Of a DNA stretch of 64,000 bases, positions 53,398 to 64,000 are shown piece by piece. This DNA is from Chiloscyllium plagiosum (lineage: Eukaryota), in contig NC_057720.1 of assembly GCF_004010195.1 (NCBI RefSeq), forward strand, positions 3,671,497 to 3,735,496. The letters are read 5' to 3'. The notes beneath the pieces are model-generated. The model had not been told where the DNA came from. It worked only from the letters and a program-made list of their open reading frames with translations, and made no database searches. The position numbers were made by a program, and so were the translations under genes. Numbering within the stretch: the first letter of the stretch is position 1; each line of letters starts with the position of its first letter.

Positions 53398-53795
53398 CAA
53401 AGCTTGTTTTATACATGAAACCTCAAATCGAGACCCTGGCTGTTCTTTACCTGGTGGTAACTGATCCCATAATGAAAGTTTGAAATGTTAGGGAGTTCTC
53501 CCCATGTCTGTCCCTCCTTCCACTATGAAAGCAGATGATTGGCCTGTTGCTGTTTGCAAATTTGCTGCTACAATCCCTCAGGAGAGCGAGGACTTGACCG
53601 AGCTTATGGAAAGCAGTTTGGGATGTTCTGAAATTGTGAAAAATCCTGTGTGAAGGGAAGTTTTTCTTCAGAGCTGGCAGCTAGTGTAGCATTATCTATC
53701 CTGTTGAGCTTCAGTGTTCATTGGAAATATTCTCCCTGTGATGAACTCATTGTAGTTAGTCCTGAGGTCAAGTCAACATTAATTGTCATTATTTG

Positions 53796-54013
53796 GAGAT
53801 GTCGGTGTTGGACTGGGGTGTACAACGTTAAAAATCACACAACACCAGATTATAGTCCAACAGGTTTAATTGGAAGCACACTAGCTTTCGGAGCATCGCT
53901 CGTTGATCTGGTGATCAGGTGACTATCACCTGATGAAGGAGCGTCGCTCCGAAAGCTAGTGTGCTTCCAATTAAACCTGTTGGACTATAACCTGGTGTTG
54001 TGTGATTTTTAAC
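53796..54013. mobile_element. Penelope-derived hairpin element (family E) with 17-bp TSD
   Basis: Inverted arms around 53920. TSD ttaattgtcatt(a/g)tttg at 53779-95 and 54014-30. Confidence 0.8.
53927..53961 (+). ncRNA. Minimal type I hammerhead ribozyme motif
   Basis: CAC-CTGATGA-A-GGAGC(GTC)GCTCC-GAAAGCTA^GTG: stem I CAC/GTG, 5-bp stem II, palindromic AGCT, CUA triplet. Activity untested. Confidence 0.72.
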
Positions 54014-54869
54014 TTAATTGTCATTGTTTGTGAATTGACAGTCACTCTAACCCCCTCTCTGGGGAGAAAGCGTGGATTATTTGATTGCAGGAAGATCCCC
54101 ATTTCATTTTGTTTGGAGTTACTCAGTTCTGACCCAGTTGTGTTCCTCAGCTGATCTGAATTATGAGCAACAGTTTGATAACCCTTATATAAATGATTGA
54201 TATACAGCCCGTAAATTTGTTTAACAGCTCTGTCCCAGGTACTGAGAGTTCAGACTCAAGGACAAATTGTGACATGCGGAAAAGGACATTATAGATGACT
54301 GATGTGTGGGGACACGACAGATACAATTTCACAATGAAAGCTATTTAATCCCTAACGTTCCGATCTGTAAATATGCAGTAGCTAAAACATGTGAGGTATA
54401 CAAGAGATATGCAGCGGTACAATATCACAAAATTGTTTAACCATATGTAGCCCAGGACTGTTTCAATGCCTGATTTGATGATGGGTGATGAAGGTAGCAC
54501 AGGACAGGATCAGGATTGAGTAAAGTTGTTTCCTCTGGAATCTCGGGGGACAGGGAGGGGAGATGGAGTGTCGAGGAGCTTTAGGAACAAGAGGCTGGGG
54601 TAAGAGCTGAGAGAGGGGAGAAACCTCTCAATGCGGACGGGAGTGGAGCTGAAATTCTCTGAAATGCTACTGAGGGTGAACAGAGAGTTGCAATAAAAAC
54701 ATTAAAAGGTTTCAATGGAGCAATGTTGTCGCAGTTTATTCAGCCAAGGTGGGTAAATAAAGTTGATTTCGTGACCAGCCACAATTCAGTTGATTGACAG
54801 AGCAGCTTTAATGACCTGGGTTAGAAACAAGCCTGAGCCGATCCAAATGTACTGTCTAAACCTGTCGCT

Positions 54870-55097
54870 CAATTCCTAAGCATCTCTATCCCTCTACTCC
54901 CCACCTACTCATGCATTCCAAACGCCCACCACCCTCTGTGTGAAGTACTTGCCGCGTGTATCCCCCTTAAACTTTCCACCTCTCACCTTGAAAACATGAC
55001 CTCTCGTTATTGAAACCTTCACCCTGGGAAAAAGCTTGTCTCTACCCACCCTGTCTATACCCTTCGTGATTTTATAAACCTCAATCAGGTCCCTCCT
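54870..55097 (-). mobile_element. CR1 3' fragment
   Basis: ORF 54909..55112. Confidence 0.8.
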
Positions 55098-55142
55098 CAC
55101 TTTCCCTCCCATTGCACCTCAGTGAGATGTGTAGGTGATTAC

Positions 55143-55447
55143 GATGGCACGGTGGCTCAGTGGTTAGCACTGCTGCCTCACAATGCTAAGGATCTGGGTT
55201 TAATTCCACCCTCAGGTGACTGTCTGTGTGGGGTTTGTACATTCTCCCGTGTCTCCCACAGTCCAAAGCTGTGCAGGTTAGGGTGGATTGGCCATGCTAA
55301 ATTGTCCATAGTGCCCAGGGATATGCAGGCTGGGTGGGTTAACCATGGGAAATGCAGGGTTACAGGAGTTGGGTGGGGTGCTCTTTGGAGGGTCAGTGTG
55401 GACTTGATGGGTCAAATGGCCTGCTTGCACATCATAGGGATTTCAGA
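55143..55447 (+). mobile_element. HE1/V-SINE, older, with an internal deletion
   Basis: ggcacggtggctcagtggttagcactgctgcctcac head and tail. Confidence 0.78.
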
Positions 55448-55809
55448 TTATTTCCACTATGGAGCTTAACAATTCCAGCTGCAACACAGGCCTGTGTCTG
55501 TGTTTATTATTGTGCAGCTCTGCCCTTAGATATTTGGCCCCAAGAAACCACTGATTCAATTTCCCTTCCCGGCTGGTGGCTGCTGTTATATCTCAGCTTC
55601 AGTTTGCTCCCTGCGCCCGCAGTGGCTATGACACAAGGTGAAGGCATGTGGCTATGATATCAATGGTATGATAATAACTTGCAGACATGTAAACATGGGG
55701 AGACTGTGGCGGAGTGGAAATGTGGATTCGTTGCAGATGCTCAGATTAATGTTCGGGTTGGGGGAGGGTTTCATAGGTTGAAATCCCATCATGGGAGATC
55801 TGGAAATGT

Positions 55810-55898
55810 CGCTGAAAATGTGTTGCTGGAAAAGCGCAGCAGGTCAGGCAGCATCCAAGGAGCAGGAGAATCGATGCTTTGGGCATGAGCCCTTCTTC
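55810..55898 (-). mobile_element. Penelope family A mini-insert with 14-bp TSD
   Basis: TSD agatctggaaatgt at 55796-809 and 55899-912. Confidence 0.8.
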
Positions 55899-56161
55899 AG
55901 ATCTGGAAATGTAAACCTAGTCTCAATAATGGTGGCCATTATAACAATCATTTCTCATTGTAAAAACCCACCTGGTTCACTTAGACCCTTTTAAGAAACG
56001 TCCATATGAAAATCACCAGCTTTACTAGTGCTACCGTCCTCTGAAATAACTCCCCAGAGGCCGGTATCATATGACCAAGACACCCTTTATTTACACGGGG
56101 AAAGTCCTTAATACTGATCCAGCTCCCTCGGAGCCAGCTCTCAGTGAACAGAGACATTCCT

Positions 56162-56440
56162 GTTTGTTTTTTTATTTCCAAAATCAGAACTTTATTGTTT
56201 ATTTTAGTGCAATTGCAACTAATATTCTCAGTTTCAGTTACACACAGGACTTTGTTCTCAAACAGACTCGCACCCAAGATTCTCCTGTACGAGACTGATC
56301 AAAAGGCAGTAAATTCATGACCATTCTTCTGAACCACCATTGCCAAAAGATGGACAGTACATACAGTGACCACCCAAAACAAAACTGCTGTTGCACACAC
56401 CCAGGCTACTATCAGTCACATATCTTATGATAGCATAACC
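56162..56440 (-). mobile_element. Poly(A)-tailed L1/Tx1-like 3' UTR fragment inserted in the Gypsy LTR
   Basis: The minus strand ends aataaagttctgattttggaaataaaaaaaac. Flanks acattcctg / acactcctg. Confidence 0.45.
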
Positions 56441-56669
56441 CTGTGCACACTCCTGCTTATATCTGTCAGCCAGGGCTCCCTGATTGGACCAGATTTACAG
56501 CCCCAATCAGGGAACTCATATGTCTACACAGCTGACCCCGTTACAATCTCTATATCCCTCCCCCTCTGAGTCCAAGAACAGAGACAAATTTGTTTTTTTA
56601 TATAGCTCCTTCTGGAACGTTCTAGCACCGGGTCAGGTTTCTCGAACTCTGCCTCTCATACAGTCAAAG

Positions 56670-56752
56670 TCAAAAATCACACAACACCAGGTTATAGTCC
56701 AACAGGTTTATTTGGATGAACTAGCTTTCAGAGCGCTGCTCCTTCATCAGCT
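56670..56752 (-). mobile_element. Penelope family E fragment with a hammerhead core
   Basis: Minus strand gCTGATGAaggagcagcgctctGAAAGCTAgt. Confidence 0.72.
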
Positions 56753-57904
56753 GGCTGAGTGTCTTGGAAGAAATTTATTCTCCTCCTAAGGCGGCAAAGG
56801 CATTGAGGCAGCAACATCCACTGTGTCCATCTCAGATTCCGAGTATCTTCAATGCTTAACCGAGAGGGAGAACTCACGGGTTCCAAAACAATCGGAAAGG
56901 CAGTTGAGGAACCGGGAATGTTTTACTCCTGCACGATTTGCAGCTTTCATGTGATCCACATGCTTTTTCAGGACTGTCGCACCTACCCAAACTTTATATG
57001 TGACTGCACCTTACCTCATGTCGACCATGCCTCTTACCCATGCAGGGCCATTCCCGGGGTTCCTACCTCATCCCCTGAAATAAATTGGCTCTCTTGCTTA
57101 GAGAAGTCTTGCGTCTGGCATTACCATTTCACCTCCCCACAATATCCCTCCCACCCCCTCCCCAACCTGCTCCCAGTCCGGGAGCAACAGTTTCAACCTG
57201 GTATGGAGTCCCCTATTAGCCTCAGAGAGACAATTTACTTCAGGTGTAGGCACTCGGGAATGGTCCGGCATGGATAAGAGGCTGGCACTATCCCTGTAGT
57301 TACATGAGGGATGATCCCATAATCAAAGAGGTTTTGGGACCATTTGCTACCTAGTGATGCTGTAGGCTGTTTCTCTACAGCTCCCTTCAACATTTGGACT
57401 GCCCTTTCTGCCACACCTTTGGCTGATGGATGGTACAGAGCTGTTCCTTATATGTTGAATGCTATTCGACGTTAGGAAACACTCAAAATCCCTTAGTGGC
57501 CTGAGAAAGGTAGGCTCCCAATAACCTAAAAAGTTGCAGGTACACAAACTGTCTGGAGAATTATGCATTGCTTTTCAGATGACACCAATCTCTGGATGAA
57601 TTTTAGACACGAGAAGCAAGAATAGGCCATTCAGCCCATTTAGCTGACACCATCAATCTCTACGACCATAGCTTGCCATCTACCTAAAGGCCATTTTCCC
57701 ACTTTCACAGCTTACCCCTTGACATGGTTAAAATCTAAAACTACATCAAACTCTGTCGTGTATTCACTCAGCAACCTGGCCACCACAGCCTTCTGTTCTC
57801 AACAACTGAATGGTCCTCCTGCATGATGTTTGAGGTGAGGGACGCCATTAGTGTCCCATCCAAGTCCATCTGCAGGAAGTGCACCCAACTCTCGCTCCTC
57901 CAAG

Positions 57905-58077
57905 GCACACTTTTTGGATTGTGGGAGGAAACCGGAGCACCCGGAGGAAACCCACGCAGACACGGGGAGAATGTGCAAACTCCACACAGTCAGTCACCTG
58001 AGGCGGGAATTGAACCCGGATCTCTGGTGCTGTGAGGCAACAGTGCTAACCACTGTGCCACTGTGCCACCGTGCCGC
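57905..58077 (-). mobile_element. HE1/V-SINE head and V-domain lacking the 3' tail
   Basis: A/B boxes and V-domain; stops at ccaaaaagtgtgc. Confidence 0.8.
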
Positions 58078-58291
58078 CCAATCTCTGGATACATTTTAGA
58101 CACGAGAAGCAGGAATAGGCCATTCAGCCCATTTAGCTGACACCATCAATCTCTATGACCATGGCTTGCCATCTACCTAAAGGCCATTTTCCCACTTTCA
58201 CAGCTTACCCCTTGACATGGTTAAAATCTAAAACTACATCAAACTCTGTCGTGTATTCACTCAGCAACCTGGCCACCACAGCCTTCTGTTC

Positions 58292-61200
58292 TCAACAACT
58301 GAATGGTCCTCCTGCATGATGTTTGAGGTGAGGGACGCCATTAGTGTCCCATCCAAGTCCATCTGCAGGAAGTGCACCCAACTCTCGCTCCTCCAAGACC
58401 GTGTTAGGGAACTGGAGCGGGAGCTGGGTGAACTTTGGACCATTCGGGAGGCAGAGGCTGTGATAGATAGGAGTTACAGGGAAGTAGTTAGTCCTAGGCA
58501 CGAAGAAAGCTGGGTGACTGTTCGAGATGGGGGGGGGGGGGGGGGTGGGCGGGGAACAGTCAGTGCAGGGATCCCCCGTGGTCATTCCCCTGAAAAATAA
58601 GTATACCATTTTGGATACTGTTGAGGGGGACGACTTACCCAGGGGTATTCAGTGGGGCCCAGGTCTCTGGCACAGAGCCTGTCCCTGTTGCACAGAAGGG
58701 AAGAAGGGAAAGGAGGAGACTGTTAGTCATTGGGGACACAATAGTTAGAGGCTCAGATAGAAGGTTTTTTGGGAGCAAATGAGACTCACGGTTGGTGCGT
58801 TGCCTCCCAGGTGCCAGGGTCCGTGATGTCTCAGATCGTATCTTTGGGGTCCTGATGGGAGAGGGTGACCAGCCTCAAGTCATTGTCCATGTAGGTACCA
58901 ATGACATAGGTAGAAAGAGGGATAGGGATGTAAGGCAGGATTTCAGGAAGATAGGGTGGAAGCTGAGAGCTAGCACAAACAGAGTTGTTATCTCTGATTT
59001 GTTGCCCGTGCCATGTGATAGTGAGGCAAGGAATAGGGAGAGACATTGGCTGAACACGTGGCTGCAAGGATGGTGCAGGAGGGAGGGTTTCAGGTACTTC
59101 GATAATTGGGGGTCATTCTGGGGAAGGTGGGATCTCTACAAATAGGACAGTTTTCACTTGAACCAGAGGGGTACTAATATCCTGGATGGGAAATTTGCTG
59201 GTGCTATTCGGGTGGGTTTAAACTAGCTCAGCAGGGGGATGGGAACCTGAGGTGTTTTTCCAGTACACAGGAGGATGAGAGTAGGGAGGGCATAGACAGG
59301 ATTTCAGGTACACAGGAATGTGCTGGGAGACAGCAAGCTGGCTTGAAGTGTGTCCACTTCAACGCCAGGAGTATCCAGAATAAGGTCGGTGAGCTTGCAG
59401 CATGGATAGGTACCTGTGACTTTGATGTTGTGGCCATTTTGGAGACATGGATAGAGCAAGGTCAGGAGTGAATGTTGCAGGTTCCAGGGTTTAGGTCTTT
59501 CATTAAGAGCAGACAAAGCAGTAAAAGAGGGGGAGGTGTGGCTTTGTTAGTCTAGGACGGTATAACGGTTGCTGAAAGAACTTTTGACAAGGACTCATCG
59601 AGTGAGGTAGTGTGGTCTGAGGTTAGAAACAGGAGAGGAGAGGTCACATTGCTGGGAGTTTTTTCAATAGGTCTAAGCAGAGTTCCAGGGAGATGCAAAA
59701 TTATTTTGGGTACGAGTGAAAGAAACAGAGTGGTCATTATGGGGGACTTTAACTTCCTCAACATTGACTGGAAATGCTATAACTCTAGTATGTCAGATGG
59801 ATCAGTTTTTGTCCAATGTGTGCAGGAGGGTTTCCTGACACAGTATGTTGAAGGGCCAACAAGAGGGGAGGCCACAATGGATCTAGTGCTTGGTAATGAA
59901 CCAGGCCAGGTGTTTGATTTTGTGGGAGGTGAGCACTTTGGAGAGAGTGACCATAATTCAGTTACATTTAGTTTAGCGATAGAAAGGGATAGGTACATGC
60001 CACAGGGCAAGAGTTATAGATGGGGAAAGGGCAATTATAATGCAATTAGTCAGGACTTAGGAGGCATAGAATGGTGTAGCAAAATGCAGGGGATGGGGAC
60101 AATCAAAATGTGGAGCTCGTTTGAGGAATTTGGTGTCCTTCATAGGTATGTCCCTGTCAGGCAGGGAGGAAGTAATAAGTTAAGGGAACCATGGTTTACT
60201 AAAGAAATTGTATCTCCTGTTAAGCAGAAGAAGGAGGCTTATGTGATGTTGAGACAAGATGGTTCAGATGAGGCGATGGAGAGTTACAGATTAACTAGGA
60301 AAGATTTAATGAGAGAGTTAAGAAGAGCAAGGAGGGGACATGAGCAGTCTTTAGCAGGTAGAATAAAGGAGAACCCTAAAGCTTTCTATAGGTGTGTGAG
60401 GAATAAAAGGATGACGAGGGTAGGAATAGGGCCAGTCAAAGACAGAAGTGGGAAGTTGTGTGTGGACCCTGTGGAGATCGGGGAGGTGCTAAACAAACGT
60501 TTCTCTTCTGTTTTCCCTCAGGAAAAGGAGAATATTGTAGAAGAGAAGATTAACATACGGGCTTTTAGACTAGAAAGGATTGAGATTAGTAAAGAGAGGT
60601 GTTACCAATCCTCGAAAGTGTGAAAGTAGATAAGTCCCCTGTGCCAGGTAAGATTTTTTTGAGAATTCTCTGGGAAGCTAGGGAGGAGAAGGTGGAGTCT
60701 TTGGCTTTGATTTTTGCATCATCATTGTCGACAGATTTAGTACCAGAGCACTGGATTATTGCAAATGTTGTGCCCTTGTTCAAGAAGGGCAGTAGGCTCA
60801 CAAACCTCATTGAGTTTTTTGAGAAGGTAACCAAGCATGTGGAATGAGGGTAGGGCAGTTGACGTGGTACACATGGATTTCAGTAAAGCCTTTGATAAGG
60901 TTCCACATGGTAGGCTGTTGGAGAAAATGCAGAGACATAGGATGACAATAGACAATAGGTGCAAGAGTAGGCCATTTTGCCCTTCGAGCCAGTACCACCA
61001 TTCATTATGATCATGGCTGATCATCCTCAATCAGTATCCTGTTCCTGCCTTATCCCCATAACCCTTGATCCCACTATCCTTAAGAGCTCTATCCAACTCT
61101 TTCTTGAAAGTATCCAGAGACTTGGCCTCCACAGCCTTCTGGGGCAGAGCATTCCATACACTCACCACTCTCTGGGTGAAGAAGTTTCTCCTCTACTCTG

Positions 61201-61580
61201 TTCTAAGTGGTCTACCCCTTATTTTTAAACTGTGTCCTCTGGTTTGGGACTCACCCATCAGCGGAAACATGCTTCCTGCCTCCAGAGTGTCCAATCCTTT
61301 AATAATCTCATACATCTCATTGAGGGTGATTTAGCAGTTTGGATTAGAAACTGGCTTTCTGAGAGAAGGCAGCAAGTGGTAGTTGATAGAAAGTATTCAG
61401 CATGGAGTCTGGTTACTAGTGGTGTGTCACAAGGATCTGTTTTGGGACCACTGCTGTTTTTCATTTTTATAAATGACTTAGACGCAGGCATAGGTGGATG
61501 GGTTAGTGAGTGTGCAGATGACTCTAAAGTCAGTGGAGTGGTGGACAGTGTGGGAGAATGTTGCTGGTTGCAGGGGGACT
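58292..61580 (+). mobile_element. Degenerate near-full CR1 LINE (ORF1 esterase and ORF2 APE/RT, frameshifted)
   Basis: ORFs 58316..58600 and 58792..59145 are homologous to ORF1 at 230-1147. Also 59610..60623 (GDFNF, GESDHN), 60599..60847 and 61232..61582. Confidence 0.9.
60943..61312 (-). mobile_element. CR1 3' end nested in the CR1 above
   Basis: Reverse complement is highly similar to 12755-13120. Confidence 0.85.
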
Positions 61581-62194
61581 GAGGTGTCAGACTCCATTGC
61601 AAGCTCCCTTGAGTTAGCAAGAAAGATATAACCAACTGAACCAAGTGTCCTTGCATGTCCTTACTCTCAGATAGGGGTCTCACTTGGGCAATGTCAGAGG
61701 GCAGTTAAGAGTCAACCACGTCGCTGGAGGTCGGGAGTCACATAGAGGCCAGACCAGGCAAAGGTGGCAGATTTGCTTCACTAAAGGACATTAGTGAACC
61801 CAATGAAATTCATCCCAAGAAAGAAGAAACATACTAAGGGGAAGATGAGGCAACCGTGGCTGACAAAGGGAGTCAGGGATAGCATTAGAGCAAAAGGAAT
61901 AAAGGCCTAGAACGTGATGAAGAGTTTAATTTTAATTTGTTCATGGGATGAGCACATCACTGGCTCGGCCAGAATTTATTGGCTATCCCCAATTGCCCAG
62001 AGAATAGTTAAGAGTTAACTACATTGCTACGTGTCTGGAGTCACATGTAGGCCAGACCAGGTAAGGATGGCAGTTTCCTTCCCTAAAGAACATTTGTGGG
62101 AAGCCTTTACAAACCAGCTGAGGACACCTAAAAAAAGCATAAGGGGGCGAAAATGAAATATAAGGCTAAGCTAGCTTGTAATATAAATGAAAGT

Positions 62195-62363
62195 TGCAGG
62201 GTCACTGTGGCGATGGACGATGCAGGGTCAGTGTGGTGATGGACGATGCAGGGTCAGTGTGCGGATGGATGATGCAGGGTCAGTGTGGCGATGGATGATG
62301 CAGGGTCAGTGTGGCGATGGACGATGCAGGGTCAGTGTGGCGATGGATGATGTAGGGCCAGTA
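62195..62363 (+). repeat. 26-bp minisatellite, about 6.5 copies
   Basis: Unit tgcagggtcagtgtggcgatgga(c/t)ga. Confidence 0.9.
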
Positions 62364-63209
62364 ACGTTCACATCCCATAACCAAACTCCAACAAATCAAA
62401 AATTGCTGACATGTGATTGTTGTAATAAAGGTATTCCACAGAAAACAATATGACAAGAGATAAACTCAATGGATGATGCAGCCCATCTCGTTCCCCTTTT
62501 AAATGTCTCAGGGCTAGCAGGACAGTGGGAATGTCACTGAGCTCCTACGACAGAGGTCCTCTGGGACCCTCCCTGACTCCGGTCACTCCTCAAAGATCAT
62601 CACCAATACCTCCCCAATCCTCTCAGCTATCTCTTTCAGAACTCCTGGGTATAGTCAGACCATTCAGTTTCTCCAGTACCTTCACCTTAGTGACGGTCAT
62701 TACACTCACNNNNNNNNNNNNNNNNNNNNNNNNNNNNNNNNNNNNNNNNNNNNNNNNNNNNNNNNNNNNNNNNNNNNNNNNNNNNNNNNNNNNNNNNNNN
62801 NNNNNNNNNNNNNNNNNNNNNNNNNNNNNNNNNNNNNNNNNNNNNNNNNNNNNNNNNNNNNNNNNNNNNNNNNNNNNNNNNNNNNNNNNNNNNNNNNNNN
62901 NNNNNNNNNNNNNNNNNNNNNNNNNNNNNNNNNNNNNNNNNNNNNNNNNNNNNNNNNNNNNNNNNNNNNNNNNNNNNNNNNNNNNNNNNNNNNNNNNNNN
63001 NNNNNNNNNNNNNNNNNNNNNNNNNNNNNNNNNNNNNNNNNNNNNNNNNNNNNNNNNNNNNNNNNNNNNNNNNNNNNNNNNNNNNNNNNNNNNNNNNNNN
63101 NNNNNNNNNNNNNNNNNNNNNNNNNNNNNNNNNNNNNNNNNNNNNNNNNNNNNNNNNNNNNNNNNNNNNNNNNNNNNNNNNNNNNNNNNNNNNNNNNNNN
63201 NNNNNNNNN

Positions 63210-63525
63210 TGGCTAGAGTAAATAGACAAGGTCTTTTTTCCAGTGAAAGGGAGTCCAAAATTAGAGGGCATAGGTGAGAGGGGAAAGGTTTAAAAGGGCA
63301 ACGTTTTCACGCAGAGGGTGGTACGTATATGGAATGAGCTGCCAGAGGAAGTGGTGGAGGGTGCTACAATTACATTTGAAAGACATCTGGATGGATACAT
63401 AAATTAGACAGACAAATGTCTGCTGGCAAATGGCAATAGATTTATTTAGGATATCTGGTTGACATGGACGAATTGGACTGAAGGGTCTGTTTCCGTGCTG
63501 TACAGCTCTATAACTGTATGACTAT
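63210..63525 (+). mobile_element. CR1 3' end
   Basis: gagtccaaaattagagggcatagg...cgcagagggtggtacgtatatggaatgagctgccagagg; similar to the reverse complement of 22945-23280. Confidence 0.8.
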
Positions 63526-64000
63526 AATCTCCAATTGATCCTTAGTCATCTGTAATTGATGCCCAGCTATTTCTAATTAATCCCAAATTCAGCAGGAAGA
63601 GCTCCAGATTTCCACTACTTTCCTTGTGAGGAAGTGCTTCCTGACATTCATTCTATGAACAGTCCAGCTCGGATTTTAACTTTCTGTTCTCTGTTTTGTA
63701 CTCAGAGTCAGTACGGCAGTCAATGGGTCATTCATCCCATTGACAGTTCATGACCCATCACTAGAGGAAGGACTTGCTCTATCTGTTTAATCATGTGCAT
63801 CCCAAAGCTGTGGACTTCCCAACATAGCAGAGGGTTAATCCTGGAGGGAGAGGCACCCTGACGGAAATAGAGGGGAAAGGGAAACAAAATGAGATCACTT
63901 CAACACATCAATATCAAACTTCAAATTCTGTTTAGACATGCTGTTCATATTTGACCAGCATCGTACAAAACACACCACAGTTTTGTGAAACTGGAGGTCT

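Larger units (their letters stand above)
56040..57500 (-). mobile_element. Degenerate Gypsy LTR retrotransposon: integrase end, PPT and 3' LTR
   Basis: The minus strand at about 57455-57385 reads TALYHPSAKGVAERAVQMLK (integrase YHPxSNGLAERAV motif). Later comes GNGPAWVRG..TYKV..KKHVDHMK. Polypurine tract AGGGGGAGGGA at about 56565-56555; LTR with AATAAA at about 56090. Confidence 0.72.

Noticed and set aside
58528..58553. Poly-G tract as a functional G-quadruplex
   Set aside because: A homopolymer expansion inside a dead CR1 ORF1, and prone to sequencing error.

Overview
This is vertebrate genomic DNA with an elasmobranch (shark) repeat landscape: HE1/V-SINEs, DeuSINE/SacSINE1-like SINEs and abundant CR1 LINEs. 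There are three assembly gaps (5547-6075, 42083-42347, 62710-63209). The only host gene I can support is the 3' end of SYDE2 (RhoGAP, + strand): the penultimate coding exon (13577-13808), the terminal coding exon (28253-28752), and a probable long, repeat-free 3' UTR running to about 32 kb. The rest is mostly retroelement debris: CR1 LINEs (one with an intact zinc-finger/esterase ORF1), Rex1/Babar, RTE, a Gypsy integrase with its LTR, SINEs and two minisatellites. The most striking hidden structure is a dense set (about 15 loci, at least 4 sequence families) of short Penelope-derived pLTR elements. They carry minimal type I hammerhead ribozyme cores with covarying stems. Many are flanked by 11-17 bp target-site duplications, and several are built as hairpins with a one-sided 33-36 nt tail. 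Two short inserts sit between unusually long (226 and about 320 bp) direct duplications. Family names come from recall of consensus sequences, not from database searches, and repeat boundaries are approximate.
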